Part shown: positions 50,390-61,454 of the stretch, piece by piece
Layout: every line of letters begins with the position of its first letter
Numbering within the stretch: the first letter of the stretch is position 1
Assembly: GCA_002170245.2 (NCBI GenBank)
Contig: NHFN02000017.1
Location: 52,714-116,713, forward strand
Length of the DNA stretch: 64,000 bases
DNA from: Gammaproteobacteria bacterium TMED112
GTDB lineage: Bacteria > Pseudomonadota > Gammaproteobacteria > Magnimaribacterales > TMED112
Reading direction: 5' to 3'
Notes under the pieces: generated by a model
The model's input: the letters and a program-made list of their open reading frames with translations, nothing else
Database searches by the model: none
What the model was told of the DNA's origin: nothing
Position numbers and translations under genes: made by a program

Positions 50390-51607
50390 ATGGATAATTT
50401 TGGTCTGATACTAATTTTAGTTCTTATTGTATTAATTTTTATATCTGCTTTTTTCTCAGGGTCAGAAACTTCTATCACTGCCATCAACCAAATAAAGCTT
50501 GATAGCGCTGCAGAGAGTGGTAAAAAATCGGCAAAAAGGGTCAATGCTTTAAGAAATAAAATTAACGAAGTATTAGGCGTAATCTTAATAGGGAATAATT
50601 TAGTAAATATTTCTGCTTCAGCTCTCTTAACATACTTTGTTATCAAAGAATTTGGTGATGAGTATGTATGGGTTGGTACTTTAATTTTAACTATTTTGGT
50701 GATAATTTTTGCTGAAATAGCCCCAAAAAATTACGCAGCGAAAAAACCTGAAGCCATAGCTTACCCAGCAAGTCTAGTATTAGAATTTTTAACTAATTAT
50801 TTTGGCTGGCTTTCAAGAATTCTTAACTTTTTTAGTTCATGGATTACGGGTGTAAAAGGAGGTGAAAATTATTTTGCGCAAAACTTGAATAGGCAAGAAC
50901 TAAAATCAGTCTTAGACAAAGATACTGAACAAGTAGACAAAGAAGAAAAGGAAGCAATGAAGTCTTTACTAGATTTAAAAGAACTTTCTGTACAAGATAT
51001 TTTGATCCCAATGAATCAAGTAATAAAACTGAATTTAGATAATATTGATAATTTTGATAATGAGGAGAGAAATCGATTTTATCCAGTTTATAGAGAAAAT
51101 GAATCAGAGATAATTGGATTTATTCACTCTAAAGAAATTGAAGAACTTGAAAATTTTAGAAATGATTTAACTGATTTTCTTATAGAGCCATATTACGTTC
51201 CAGAAAGTACACAATTATTTGCTCAACTAAAAAACTTCCAAAAAAATGGATCTGAAGTTGCATTAGTCGTTGATGAGTATGGGGAGGTGACTGGACTAAT
51301 TACTCTCGAGGACCTTATTGAGCTGATAGTTGGTCAATTTAATGCTATGGAGCCAGAAGATAACTATGAAATAGTTGACGAGCTTACAATCATTGCAGAT
51401 GGATCAACAATAATAAGGGAGCTTAATAAAAAACTTGAATGGAATTTACCTGAGGAAGGAGCAAAAACTCTTAATGGTTTAATTATTGATCATTTAAACC
51501 AGATACCAACTAATAATGTATGTATTGAAATAGATTCATTTAAGCTGGAAACATTCAAAATAGAATCAAACAAAGTCATTAAGTTGAAAGTATCTAAGAC
51601 TAATTAA
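50390..51607 (+). CDS. CNNM/HlyC-CorC family transporter (DUF21-CBS-CorC_HlyC)
   Basis: SAFFSGSETS DUF21 motif, a CBS pair, and a C-terminal transporter-associated domain. Confidence 0.87.
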   Translation: MDNFGLILILVLIVLIFISAFFSGSETSITAINQIKLDSAAESGKKSAKRVNALRNKINEVLGVILIGNNLVNISASALLTYFVIKEFGDEYVWVGTLILTILVIIFAEIAPKNYAAKKPEAIAYPASLVLEFLTNYFGWLSRILNFFSSWITGVKGGENYFAQNLNRQELKSVLDKDTEQVDKEEKEAMKSLLDLKELSVQDILIPMNQVIKLNLDNIDNFDNEERNRFYPVYRENESEIIGFIHSKEIEELENFRNDLTDFLIEPYYVPESTQLFAQLKNFQKNGSEVALVVDEYGEVTGLITLEDLIELIVGQFNAMEPEDNYEIVDELTIIADGSTIIRELNKKLEWNLPEEGAKTLNGLIIDHLNQIPTNNVCIEIDSFKLETFKIESNKVIKLKVSKTN

Positions 51608-52275
51608 GCGTACCTTAGTAATAGCCCAATTAAAGCTGTCAATATAAATCCAATCAAGATAATCTTCTTTGGGCTGTTCATCCAAGTTCGGGTCTTTCCA
51701 AAAATTAAATTTACCACAAAGAATAGCAATGAAATTATACTCAGCCATAATGCAAACGAAGACCATCCAGGCCCTATACTTCCATCCACATCTAATAATG
51801 GGTTTAATACATTTTTTGTTTGAGCGGAATAGAGCATCAAGGCCAGCAATGGAATTGAAAAGATAGAATTTGTTCTTATCGCTAAGTCATATCTTAATTC
51901 GCATTTTTGCGAGTCTGGTGTTTGAGCTATGATGCTTTTTTGCTTTCTCCAGATTATTAGCCATGTGTTTAAGAACATAATTGTAATTAACAACGAAGCT
52001 ACTGAAGTACCTATATTATAGGCATAGTCAATATTTGAAATAAAACTCATCAAATAGACTGAGAGTAAAAATGAAACAAGTGCAGACCATTTCATATACC
52101 ACATTACGTTTGCTTGGATATGCAGAAGATATGATTTTTTTTCATTTCCATCTATGATTTTGAGGTAATTCTGAGAAATTAAGCTTGAATAAAGCGTTAA
52201 TCCAATCCATATAACTGTTGCTACAAAGAATAAAAATATTATTACTTCATCATAGAAATTTAGTGAAGAATTCAT
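51604..52275 (-). CDS. uncharacterised polytopic membrane protein co-oriented with sodN-sodX
   Basis: About 6 hydrophobic segments. There is loose similarity, from memory, to the membrane domain of PuuD/CopD-like proteins (VIWIGLTLY; TIMFLNTWLIIWRKQK). 1-bp overlap with sodX. Confidence 0.55.
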   Translation of the reverse strand: MNSSLNFYDEVIIFLFFVATVIWIGLTLYSSLISQNYLKIIDGNEKKSYLLHIQANVMWYMKWSALVSFLLSVYLMSFISNIDYAYNIGTSVASLLITIMFLNTWLIIWRKQKSIIAQTPDSQKCELRYDLAIRTNSIFSIPLLALMLYSAQTKNVLNPLLDVDGSIGPGWSSFALWLSIISLLFFVVNLIFGKTRTWMNSPKKIILIGFILTALIGLLLRYA

Positions 52276-52544
52276 CAGAATTTAAGTATTACCTTTCCTA
52301 TTAGTTCCACAGTATGAAACACTTTTTTTGTCTTGCTAGATGGGTAATTCTTATTATCTGAAATAACTTTAAATTTATCTTCTTCTATCCAGCACACTCT
52401 TTTTATAACTTTATTTTTTAACGAGTCTTGAATAATCACTAAATCGTTTTTTTTAATTTTTTTTGTGGCAATTGATAGAACATGTTGCCTTGGCTTTAAA
52501 TTTGGCAACATGCTCACTCCCTTAACTTTAAAAATATTTAACAC
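52275..52544 (-). CDS. sodX: Ni-SOD maturation protease SodX (S26-like)
   Basis: 89 aa with KGVSMLPNL (S26 catalytic Ser box) and IKRV. It abuts the sodN stop with no gap. Confidence 0.75.
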   Translation of the reverse strand: MLNIFKVKGVSMLPNLKPRQHVLSIATKKIKKNDLVIIQDSLKNKVIKRVCWIEEDKFKVISDNKNYPSSKTKKVFHTVELIGKVILKF

Positions 52545-53006
52545 TTATTTTTTTGGTACAACTATATCTACATGTGGCAAATTAGATGAAGTAATAACTT
52601 CAGTCTGGACATCTTTTGATGACCAAAACATTTCAGCAAATTCATTTACTTTATCGAGGAGTTCTTCACCATTTTCCCTAGCTAGTTCTTGTTTGCATTT
52701 CGATGCAGCCATCATTATTGAGTGAGCAAGTTCATGAACGTTCGGGAATTTTTCAATTTGAGGTTGTTTGAAATAGTCTCCCCAAATAGTGGTAACTTCT
52801 TCCTTAACCTTATGTGCATGTTCCTCTTTTTGAGATACTAATCTATTTAGCTTAGCTAAATCACTTTTAGAGGCAGGATTATCTGACATCTCATCTATGA
52901 GATCAATTAATCTCAGAACACTTAGAGCTGCGTACTGAGCCATGTAAGGATCATACACTTTACATGGTATGTCACAATGAGCGCTTACTGATTCAAATTT
53001 AATCAT
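52545..53006 (-). CDS. sodN: nickel superoxide dismutase precursor
   Basis: Ni-hook HCDIPCKVYDP directly after a short propeptide (MIKFESVSA). The SD AGGAG (53019-15) favours ATG 53006 over the ORF-track start at 53024. Confidence 0.9.
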   Translation of the reverse strand: MIKFESVSAHCDIPCKVYDPYMAQYAALSVLRLIDLIDEMSDNPASKSDLAKLNRLVSQKEEHAHKVKEEVTTIWGDYFKQPQIEKFPNVHELAHSIMMAASKCKQELARENGEELLDKVNEFAEMFWSSKDVQTEVITSSNLPHVDIVVPKK

Positions 53007-53175
53007 TTTTAATTCTCCTAACATTTAAAACTTTTCTTGTTTTCATAAAAATTAATAAAACCATCATCATGTATAGAATAAATTCTGCTCCATGAAGATG
53101 TATGTGGCCTAAATTATGTGCAAACACAAAATTTGGAAAGACCATCAAAAACATAAAATTTAACAAATTTTTCAT
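52999..53175 (-). CDS. candidate 58-aa His-rich small membrane protein (below the ORF-track cut-off)
   Basis: My translation is MKNLLNFMFLMVFPNFVFAHNLGHIHLHGAEFILYMMMVLLIFMKTRKVLNVRRIKND. It has a signal-like segment, HxxxHxHxH, one TM and a basic tail. Its stop overlaps the sodN start (ATGATTAA). No clear SD is present. Confidence 0.3.
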   Translation of the reverse strand: MKNLLNFMFLMVFPNFVFAHNLGHIHLHGAEFILYMMMVLLIFMKTRKVLNVRRIKND

Positions 53176-53198
53176 AATTTAAGTTTAATTTAAAGTCG

Positions 53199-53227
53199 AA
53201 AAAAAAGGGAGCTTTAAGCTCCCTTTT
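53199..53227 (-). terminator. rho-independent terminator after groEL (bidirectional form)
   Basis: A8-GGGAGCT-TTA-AGCTCCC-TTTT. On the minus strand the 7-bp GC-rich stem is followed by T8. Confidence 0.8.
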
Positions 53228-53243
53228 GTAGTGTAAATTTAAT

Positions 53244-55183
<1,940 letters not shown>

Positions 55184-55210
55184 TTTTAGTTATCCTCCAA
55201 TAACAAAACT

Positions 55211-55240
55211 TATTTAGGTCTTCAGTCTATGATTTTCAAG
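55211..55240 (-). promoter_or_regulatory. candidate sigma32-type heat-shock promoter for groESL
   Basis: CTTGAAA (55240-34) then CCTAAATA (55218-11). The -35 lies inside the last codons of the upstream gene. The spacer is 2-3 nt longer than the E. coli groE promoter. Confidence 0.3.
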
Positions 55241-56778
55241 GCTTTCTCTCTAAATCTAAGAATTAAAAAACCTACTAAAATACCTAAAGAGTTGGCTATT
55301 ATATCCATATACTCAAAATTCCTCAAACCCGATGTGTATTGTAATGCCTCAATAACAATACCTAGTAAAATTAGACATGTGAAAATTGATGCTTTTGTAA
55401 AGGTGAGACTTGCTTTAAATATTAGCAGAGATAAAAATAAATAAGCAAAAAAATGGATGAATTTATCATTCAATCCATCTAATTTTAATTCAAAACTTTC
55501 GAACAAGGAAAAGGTGAAAATTATCATTATTAGCATAATGCCTGCTATTCTAAGGTTATTCTGCATATCGAATTTGAATTCTTTTATGAGAAGGTATGAC
55601 AAACATATTGAAGGCCCCCCCATTAATCCCATTAAAAGAAAGAAATTATAGAAGCCAAAACTATCTATTAGAAACCCTGAGGTCCCCTTCAATAAGGTTC
55701 CGGGGATGATTACTAACGAAGCTAAAAAGGCATATTGAATTGCAGTGTAGCGCCTGTCAACTTGACCCACTAAGTATGTAATAAAACAAACTGATGTAAA
55801 TGCTTGGGCTATTGTGTCAAGAAAATTAATTGCTATAAAATTAAAATAGCTTGGGAATAGATATAAGTACGAAAAAAACATATTAGTAAGTACCACTAGA
55901 AGAGCACCGAAAAACATAGTCATTTCAATTTTAAATTTCTTAATCGCCCACAAAGCTAACCCAGAACCCACAAATGTAGCTAAGAAGTTAAAGTAGCTTT
56001 TTTGTTGGAGGTAATCAGCATTATTTAGGCCAACCTCTATATACAATGCTGCTGCCATAGGGCCCAAGACAATATCAGATATTTTATAAATACCTACAAG
56101 TAATAATAGAATTATTACGTTGTCTTTTTTTAAGAGATTTTTGAAAGCTGAAAAAAATTGATCAAGTGAAGATTCAGAAAGGTTTGCTTCTTTTACCCTC
56201 ATGCTTAAAAAAGTTATTGAAGTCAAAAAGAACATCAATAATCCAAGATAAAGGTAAATTGCTTGCCAATTTTCTGCTCCAATTATCCCGTAAACTTGAG
56301 CACCTATGAGGAATGCACCAATTTTATAACCAATTTGATAAATGGTTGCTAAGTTTTCTGCTTCAAAGAACTGGTCATATTCAACTCTATATGCATCTAG
56401 TGCAATATCTTGAATGGAAGAGAAAAAATAAATTAGACATGCTGCCAGTACTACAGTTGTTAAATTTTGGTTAGGATCGAGAATTGATAAAAGTAGCAGT
56501 AAAAATCCTAATGAAATTTGAGAAATAAGTATCCAAGACCTTCTTAAGCCTAAAAAATCATAGAGAACTGGTAGCTTCATTCTGTTTACTAAAGGTGACC
56601 ATAAAAAATTTAAGGCAACAATAATTGATGAAACTGTAACCAATCCCAGTGTTTGTTTGGTTACACCTGCCGAAAGCAGCCATAATCCAAAAGGTATGCC
56701 TAAGGCAAAACTTGGCATAGCTGCAGATATACCTAAGAAAATAAAATTAAATTGTGTATTTTTAAATTTCTCAAGCAT
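55222..56778 (-). CDS. ampG: AmpG-family muropeptide permease fused to a VanZ-like C-terminal domain
   Basis: MFS with an AmpG N-terminus (LNFLWSPLVNR..GLRRSWILISQ). The last ~100 aa (DKFIHFFAYLFL...EALQYTSGLRNFEYMDIIANSLGILVG) match the VanZ pattern. Confidence 0.8.
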   Translation of the reverse strand: MLEKFKNTQFNFIFLGISAAMPSFALGIPFGLWLLSAGVTKQTLGLVTVSSIIVALNFLWSPLVNRMKLPVLYDFLGLRRSWILISQISLGFLLLLLSILDPNQNLTTVVLAACLIYFFSSIQDIALDAYRVEYDQFFEAENLATIYQIGYKIGAFLIGAQVYGIIGAENWQAIYLYLGLLMFFLTSITFLSMRVKEANLSESSLDQFFSAFKNLLKKDNVIILLLLVGIYKISDIVLGPMAAALYIEVGLNNADYLQQKSYFNFLATFVGSGLALWAIKKFKIEMTMFFGALLVVLTNMFFSYLYLFPSYFNFIAINFLDTIAQAFTSVCFITYLVGQVDRRYTAIQYAFLASLVIIPGTLLKGTSGFLIDSFGFYNFFLLMGLMGGPSICLSYLLIKEFKFDMQNNLRIAGIMLIMIIFTFSLFESFELKLDGLNDKFIHFFAYLFLSLLIFKASLTFTKASIFTCLILLGIVIEALQYTSGLRNFEYMDIIANSLGILVGFLILRFREKALKIID

Positions 56779-57295
56779 TGATCAAATCCCATTTAAAATA
56801 TGGCCCAGGATCATTTTTACGGTTTGGTGCAATCTCGCTATGACCAACAACATCCATATCCCCGTATTCCTTTTTGAGTAAGGCAAGTAACTCATTCAAC
56901 GCACAATACTGCTCATTAGTGAATTCCTTTTTAACTGAACCTTTAAGTTCTATGCCTATTGAGAATTCATTGCAACTATCTCTTCCTTCATAAGTTGATT
57001 CGCCAGCATGCCAAGCACATTTGTTGAAAGCCACAAATTGAACTAATGACCCATTTCTTTCGATAAGTATATGAGCTGAAACTTTTAGACCCTCTAATGA
57101 TTTAAAAGAGCTATCATTGACTAGATCTAATTCATTTAGGAATAATTTCTTAGGATTGTCATTATCGAAAGAACCCTCTGGCAAACTTATACAATGAATC
57201 ACTACAAGGTCTATATTTTCTGATCTATCCGACTGATTTGGTGACATGAAAAATTCTGCCCCCTCTATTAAATGATTTTTAATCGATAAGCTCAT
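56771..57295 (-). CDS. ampD: 1,6-anhydro-N-acetylmuramyl-L-alanine amidase
   Basis: Amidase_2 motifs (VIHCISLPEG, SAHILIERNG, AWHAGES, GHSEIAP). Confidence 0.88.
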   Translation of the reverse strand: MSLSIKNHLIEGAEFFMSPNQSDRSENIDLVVIHCISLPEGSFDNDNPKKLFLNELDLVNDSSFKSLEGLKVSAHILIERNGSLVQFVAFNKCAWHAGESTYEGRDSCNEFSIGIELKGSVKKEFTNEQYCALNELLALLKKEYGDMDVVGHSEIAPNRKNDPGPYFKWDLINA

Positions 57296-57331
57296 GATTT
57301 GATTTTAAACTGTTGGAAAAGACAATACGAA

Positions 57332-58270
57332 TTAATCTAATAACTCTTTTGGTAGCTTAAAAGTCATAGTCTCATTATTTTCAGAAAGATTTCTTACTGA
57401 TTGGTAACCTAATGGATAAAGAAATGAAATCACATCTTGAACTATTTCCTCTGGTGCCGATGCTCCAGCAGTTATACCCAAAGAAGTAGCATTTTTGATA
57501 GCCTCAACATCAATATCTTCTTTTCCATCTATCAAAAAAGATTTTGTACCACATTTTTCAGCTAACTCTTTTAATCTATTTGAGTTTGAACTTGTATTTG
57601 ATCCAATAACTAAGACTACCTCACACTCAAGAGATAGTTGTTTTACAGCATCTTGTCGATTTTGTGTTGCATAACAAATATCATCTGCACTTGGTCCAAT
57701 AATGGTAGGAAACTTTTCTAGAAGTGCCTTTATAAGGTCTTGAGTATCATCAACAGATAGTGTTGTCTGTGTAACATATGCTATTTCTTTTAAATTAATA
57801 TCTAATTCCTTAATATCCCGATAGTTTTCAACTAAATAAATGTTTGTATCAGAATCTTCTGGGTGTCTGCCTAAAGTCCCAATAACTTCAGGATGTCCTT
57901 TATGACCAATTAGTACAATATCTCTTCCTTTTCTGGCATGTCTTTGAACTTCTAAATGAACTTTAGTAACTAGTGGGCATGTGGCGTCAAAATACATAAA
58001 TTTTCTATCTCTAGCTTCATCCTCAACAGATTTACTAACGCCATGAGCGCTAAAAATTGCAACTGCATTATCCGGAATTTCTTCTATTTCCTTTACAAAT
58101 TTAACGCCTTTTTTTTCTAGATCTTCAACAACTTTTTTATTATGTACAACTTGATGTCTTACAAATACTGGCTGATCAAATTTTTCCAATGATTTTTCAA
58201 CAATATCGATTGCTCTATCCACACCAGCACAAAAACCTCTTGGGTTTGCTAAAACTATTTCTTTAGGCAA
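57332..58270 (-). CDS. ispH: 4-hydroxy-3-methylbut-2-enyl diphosphate reductase
   Basis: NPRGFCAGVDRAI, ATCPLVTKVH, ICYATQNRQ and SSNSNRL motifs. Confidence 0.96.
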   Translation of the reverse strand: MPKEIVLANPRGFCAGVDRAIDIVEKSLEKFDQPVFVRHQVVHNKKVVEDLEKKGVKFVKEIEEIPDNAVAIFSAHGVSKSVEDEARDRKFMYFDATCPLVTKVHLEVQRHARKGRDIVLIGHKGHPEVIGTLGRHPEDSDTNIYLVENYRDIKELDINLKEIAYVTQTTLSVDDTQDLIKALLEKFPTIIGPSADDICYATQNRQDAVKQLSLECEVVLVIGSNTSSNSNRLKELAEKCGTKSFLIDGKEDIDVEAIKNATSLGITAGASAPEEIVQDVISFLYPLGYQSVRNLSENNETMTFKLPKELLD

Positions 58271-58715
58271 TTTTTTCTCCCCTCATCCAGATAAATATTA
58301 TTAAAACAGCTCCCAATGTTATTAGAAAGTCAGCAAAATTAAAAACAAATAACGATGTAGTTCCTATTCTTAGATGCAAATAATCGGTTACAGCCCCGTA
58401 AAAAAACCTTTCAATAAAATTACCAAAGCCACCAGCTAAAACTAAAAGCAAACCTAACTTTTGAACTTTATCTTTCGTTTTTAAAAATGTATGTGTTAAG
58501 AATATAAGAGCCAGGAAAATTAAAACCAGCAATAGAATTTGAGTTAAATTTCCAGAAGAACTAAACAAGCTTAAAGCAATGCCTGTATTTTTTGTGAGGA
58601 AATAATCTAAAAAATGAGGTATTAGTGTAATCGACTCAATATTTGAATTATTGAGATACCACTTTAAGGATAAATCAATGCTTAGAAGAGCAAGGAAAAG
58701 GAGAAAGAATTTCAA
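58263..58715 (-). CDS. lspA: lipoprotein signal peptidase II
   Basis: NTGIALS and FNFADFLITLG motifs, 4 TM. Confidence 0.9.
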   Translation of the reverse strand: MKFFLLFLALLSIDLSLKWYLNNSNIESITLIPHFLDYFLTKNTGIALSLFSSSGNLTQILLLVLIFLALIFLTHTFLKTKDKVQKLGLLLVLAGGFGNFIERFFYGAVTDYLHLRIGTTSLFVFNFADFLITLGAVLIIFIWMRGEKIA

Positions 58716-61454
58716 TTAAAAGAAACCTCTAATTTCACCATCTCCAGTCATATTTGAGTTGCATCTGGCACAAACATTATTAGAGTCTAACTCTTCAACT
58801 TTATGCCAGCACCTTGAACATTTTTCATGCTTTGATTTTTTTACAGTAATTTTTTCTTTTTCTCCACATTTGATTTCACAACCTGAACTTATAAAAAATT
58901 TTAATAATTCTGAGCTCATAGTTTGAGCGTAATCAAAATTTGCTTTAGTTAATGTTAATTGCAGTTCGCAGTCCAAAGCATTTCTAATATTTCCATTCTG
59001 TCTTTCGACCTCAATTGCCTGATATACCCTTCCTCTCAGTGCTAGCAACGCGTCAAATGCATCTATATCCTTCTTCGACGCAAATGATTTTAAGTCGTAA
59101 AATTCCTCACAGAAAATTTCTTCACCTTTTCCTGGGTGTAAGTTTTCATTAAATTCATATGCAGTGAATGGCAAAATAGGTGAAATTAATTTTGTAAGAG
59201 TATTTAAGATTTCATTTATAGAGTATTGTGCTGATCTTCTTCCAATAGAGTCACTCTTCATAGTATAAAGCCTATCCTTAATCACATCTAAATACATACC
59301 ACCTAAATCATTTACACAAAAATTAAGAATTTTTGAAATAACCTGGTGGAAATTATAATTATTATAGTTTTCCCTAATTTCTTGCTGAAGAGTTTTTGTT
59401 TTATGTAAAATGACTTTGTCGATAAATAATAAGTCACTAGTATTAAATTTATGATCGAAGTCATAAAGATTTGAAATCATGAAACGCATAGTGTTTCTAA
59501 TACGTCTAAATCCATCTATTGCTCTGCTAAAAATATCTTTAGAGAAGACCATCTCTCCCCTGAAGTCAGTAGATGCAATCCAATACCTAAGAATATCTGC
59601 ACCCGAATCTTTTATAATTTCTTGTGGAGAAACTACATTTCCAATCGACTTTGACATTTTTCTTCCTTCATTATCAACAACAAAACCATGAGTCAAAACA
59701 GATTTATAAGGAGCAATTCCTTTCATCGCAATTGAAGTAAGTAGTGATGATTGAAACCAGCCTCTGTGTTGATCGCTGCCTTCAAGATAAAGATCAGATT
59801 GCGTATTAGAGCCAAAAATTTCATCAATAACACAGTAATGTGTTATGCCTGAGTCGAACCAAACATCAAAGATATCTTTTGATTTCTCAAAGCCTTTTTC
59901 CTCATCACCTAAGTCCATATTTGTCCAGGAATCAATCCCAGAATTTTTTATAGCTTCTGATGCTTGGTTAAAAATTTTATCTTGATTCGGATGCAATTTT
60001 CCTGATTCACTCTCATAAAACAAAGTTATTGGTATGCCCCAATCTCTTTGTCTTGAAATACACCAATCAGGCCTATCTTTCAACATAATTTCCATTCTCT
60101 CTTTGCCCCAATCAGGAATAAAATTTACATCTCTTATTGCTCTATTTGCCCCATCTATTAATCCAGATTTTGTCATTGAAATAAACCATTGTGGTGTAGC
60201 CATGAAAATTAAAGGAGTTTTATGTCTCCAGCAATGTGGGTAGCTGTGGTGGTAATTTTCTTGGCATACTAACGCGTTGTTTTTTTGTAACTCTTCTAAT
60301 ACAAGTGGATCAACTTTTCTAACATGTACACCTGAAAAAAAATTGACATCTTCTTTAAAGCAATTGTTCATTGCTATTGGGTTTATAACTTCGATCTCTT
60401 CATTCGAACAGACGTTAAAATCGTCAACACCATGAGCAGGTGCTGTATGAACAAAACCTGTTCCAGTATCCGTAGTTACGTGATCACCAAATAGTAAAGG
60501 TGTCTCTCTTTTATATAGTGGGTGGAGAACTTTTAAATCTTCTAATTCAGAACCCTTAAAAGAAATATTTGTAGATTTATATGTTTTTTCGCTCCACCTA
60601 TTAAGACAGCTTTCCATCAGTTCTGAAGCTATTAAAGAATATTCACCCCCAGAATCAAGAATTAGATATTCGATTTCAGAATTTGCACATACTGCCTGAT
60701 TTCCTGGTATGGTCCATGGTGTTGTAGTCCAAATAATTAAGGAAATAGTTTTTTTCTCATCCAAATTAAATTTCTTAATTAATTTTTCTTTACTGCTATT
60801 ATCAAAGTCAAATTTAACATCTATAGCAGTTGAATTTTTATCCATATATTCAACTTCGGCCTCTGCTAATGATGATCCACACTCAGGACACCAATGAACA
60901 GGTTTAAAGCCCTTTTCAACATGTCCATTGTGAAATATTCTTGCAAAACCATTTATTGCATCTCCCTCAAATTTTTGGTCGAGGCTGGCATACCTTTTAT
61001 TCCAATCCCCAAAAACACCTAATCTTATAAAATCATCTTTCTGTATAGTTATCTGTTTCTTAGCATACTCTCTGCAAAGAGCTCGGAATTCTGATTTGGA
61101 AATTTCCCTTCTTTTTTTTCCGAGTTTTTTCTCGACCTGTTGTTCTATTGGTAAGCCATGGCAATCCCAGCCTGGTATATAAGGTGCATCATACCCTTCC
61201 AATGTTTTTGATCTTATTACAATATCTTTTAGCACTTTGTTTACTGCATGGCCAAGATGAATATTTCCATTTGCATATGGTGGCCCATCATGCAAAATAA
61301 ATTTTTCTCTTCCATCCATAGCTCTTCTGATTTTTTTATAAACATTTCTCTCTCGCCATTCTTTTAGCATCTCAGGCTCCCTTAAGTTAAGGTTTGCTTT
61401 CATGGGAATGCTAGTGCTTGGTAAGTTTAGTTTTTGATCTTTTTTTTCACTCAT
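58716..61454 (-). CDS. ileS: isoleucyl-tRNA synthetase
   Basis: PYANGNIHLGHA (HIGH), KMSKS, and a C-terminal Zn-finger Cys pair. Confidence 0.98.
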   Translation of the reverse strand: MSEKKDQKLNLPSTSIPMKANLNLREPEMLKEWRERNVYKKIRRAMDGREKFILHDGPPYANGNIHLGHAVNKVLKDIVIRSKTLEGYDAPYIPGWDCHGLPIEQQVEKKLGKKRREISKSEFRALCREYAKKQITIQKDDFIRLGVFGDWNKRYASLDQKFEGDAINGFARIFHNGHVEKGFKPVHWCPECGSSLAEAEVEYMDKNSTAIDVKFDFDNSSKEKLIKKFNLDEKKTISLIIWTTTPWTIPGNQAVCANSEIEYLILDSGGEYSLIASELMESCLNRWSEKTYKSTNISFKGSELEDLKVLHPLYKRETPLLFGDHVTTDTGTGFVHTAPAHGVDDFNVCSNEEIEVINPIAMNNCFKEDVNFFSGVHVRKVDPLVLEELQKNNALVCQENYHHSYPHCWRHKTPLIFMATPQWFISMTKSGLIDGANRAIRDVNFIPDWGKERMEIMLKDRPDWCISRQRDWGIPITLFYESESGKLHPNQDKIFNQASEAIKNSGIDSWTNMDLGDEEKGFEKSKDIFDVWFDSGITHYCVIDEIFGSNTQSDLYLEGSDQHRGWFQSSLLTSIAMKGIAPYKSVLTHGFVVDNEGRKMSKSIGNVVSPQEIIKDSGADILRYWIASTDFRGEMVFSKDIFSRAIDGFRRIRNTMRFMISNLYDFDHKFNTSDLLFIDKVILHKTKTLQQEIRENYNNYNFHQVISKILNFCVNDLGGMYLDVIKDRLYTMKSDSIGRRSAQYSINEILNTLTKLISPILPFTAYEFNENLHPGKGEEIFCEEFYDLKSFASKKDIDAFDALLALRGRVYQAIEVERQNGNIRNALDCELQLTLTKANFDYAQTMSSELLKFFISSGCEIKCGEKEKITVKKSKHEKCSRCWHKVEELDSNNVCARCNSNMTGDGEIRGFF

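Noticed and set aside
50350-50646. 98-aa minus-strand ORF overlapping the start of the CorC-family gene
   Set aside because: It is antisense to a well-supported DUF21 N-terminus, and its hydrophobic translation has no motifs.
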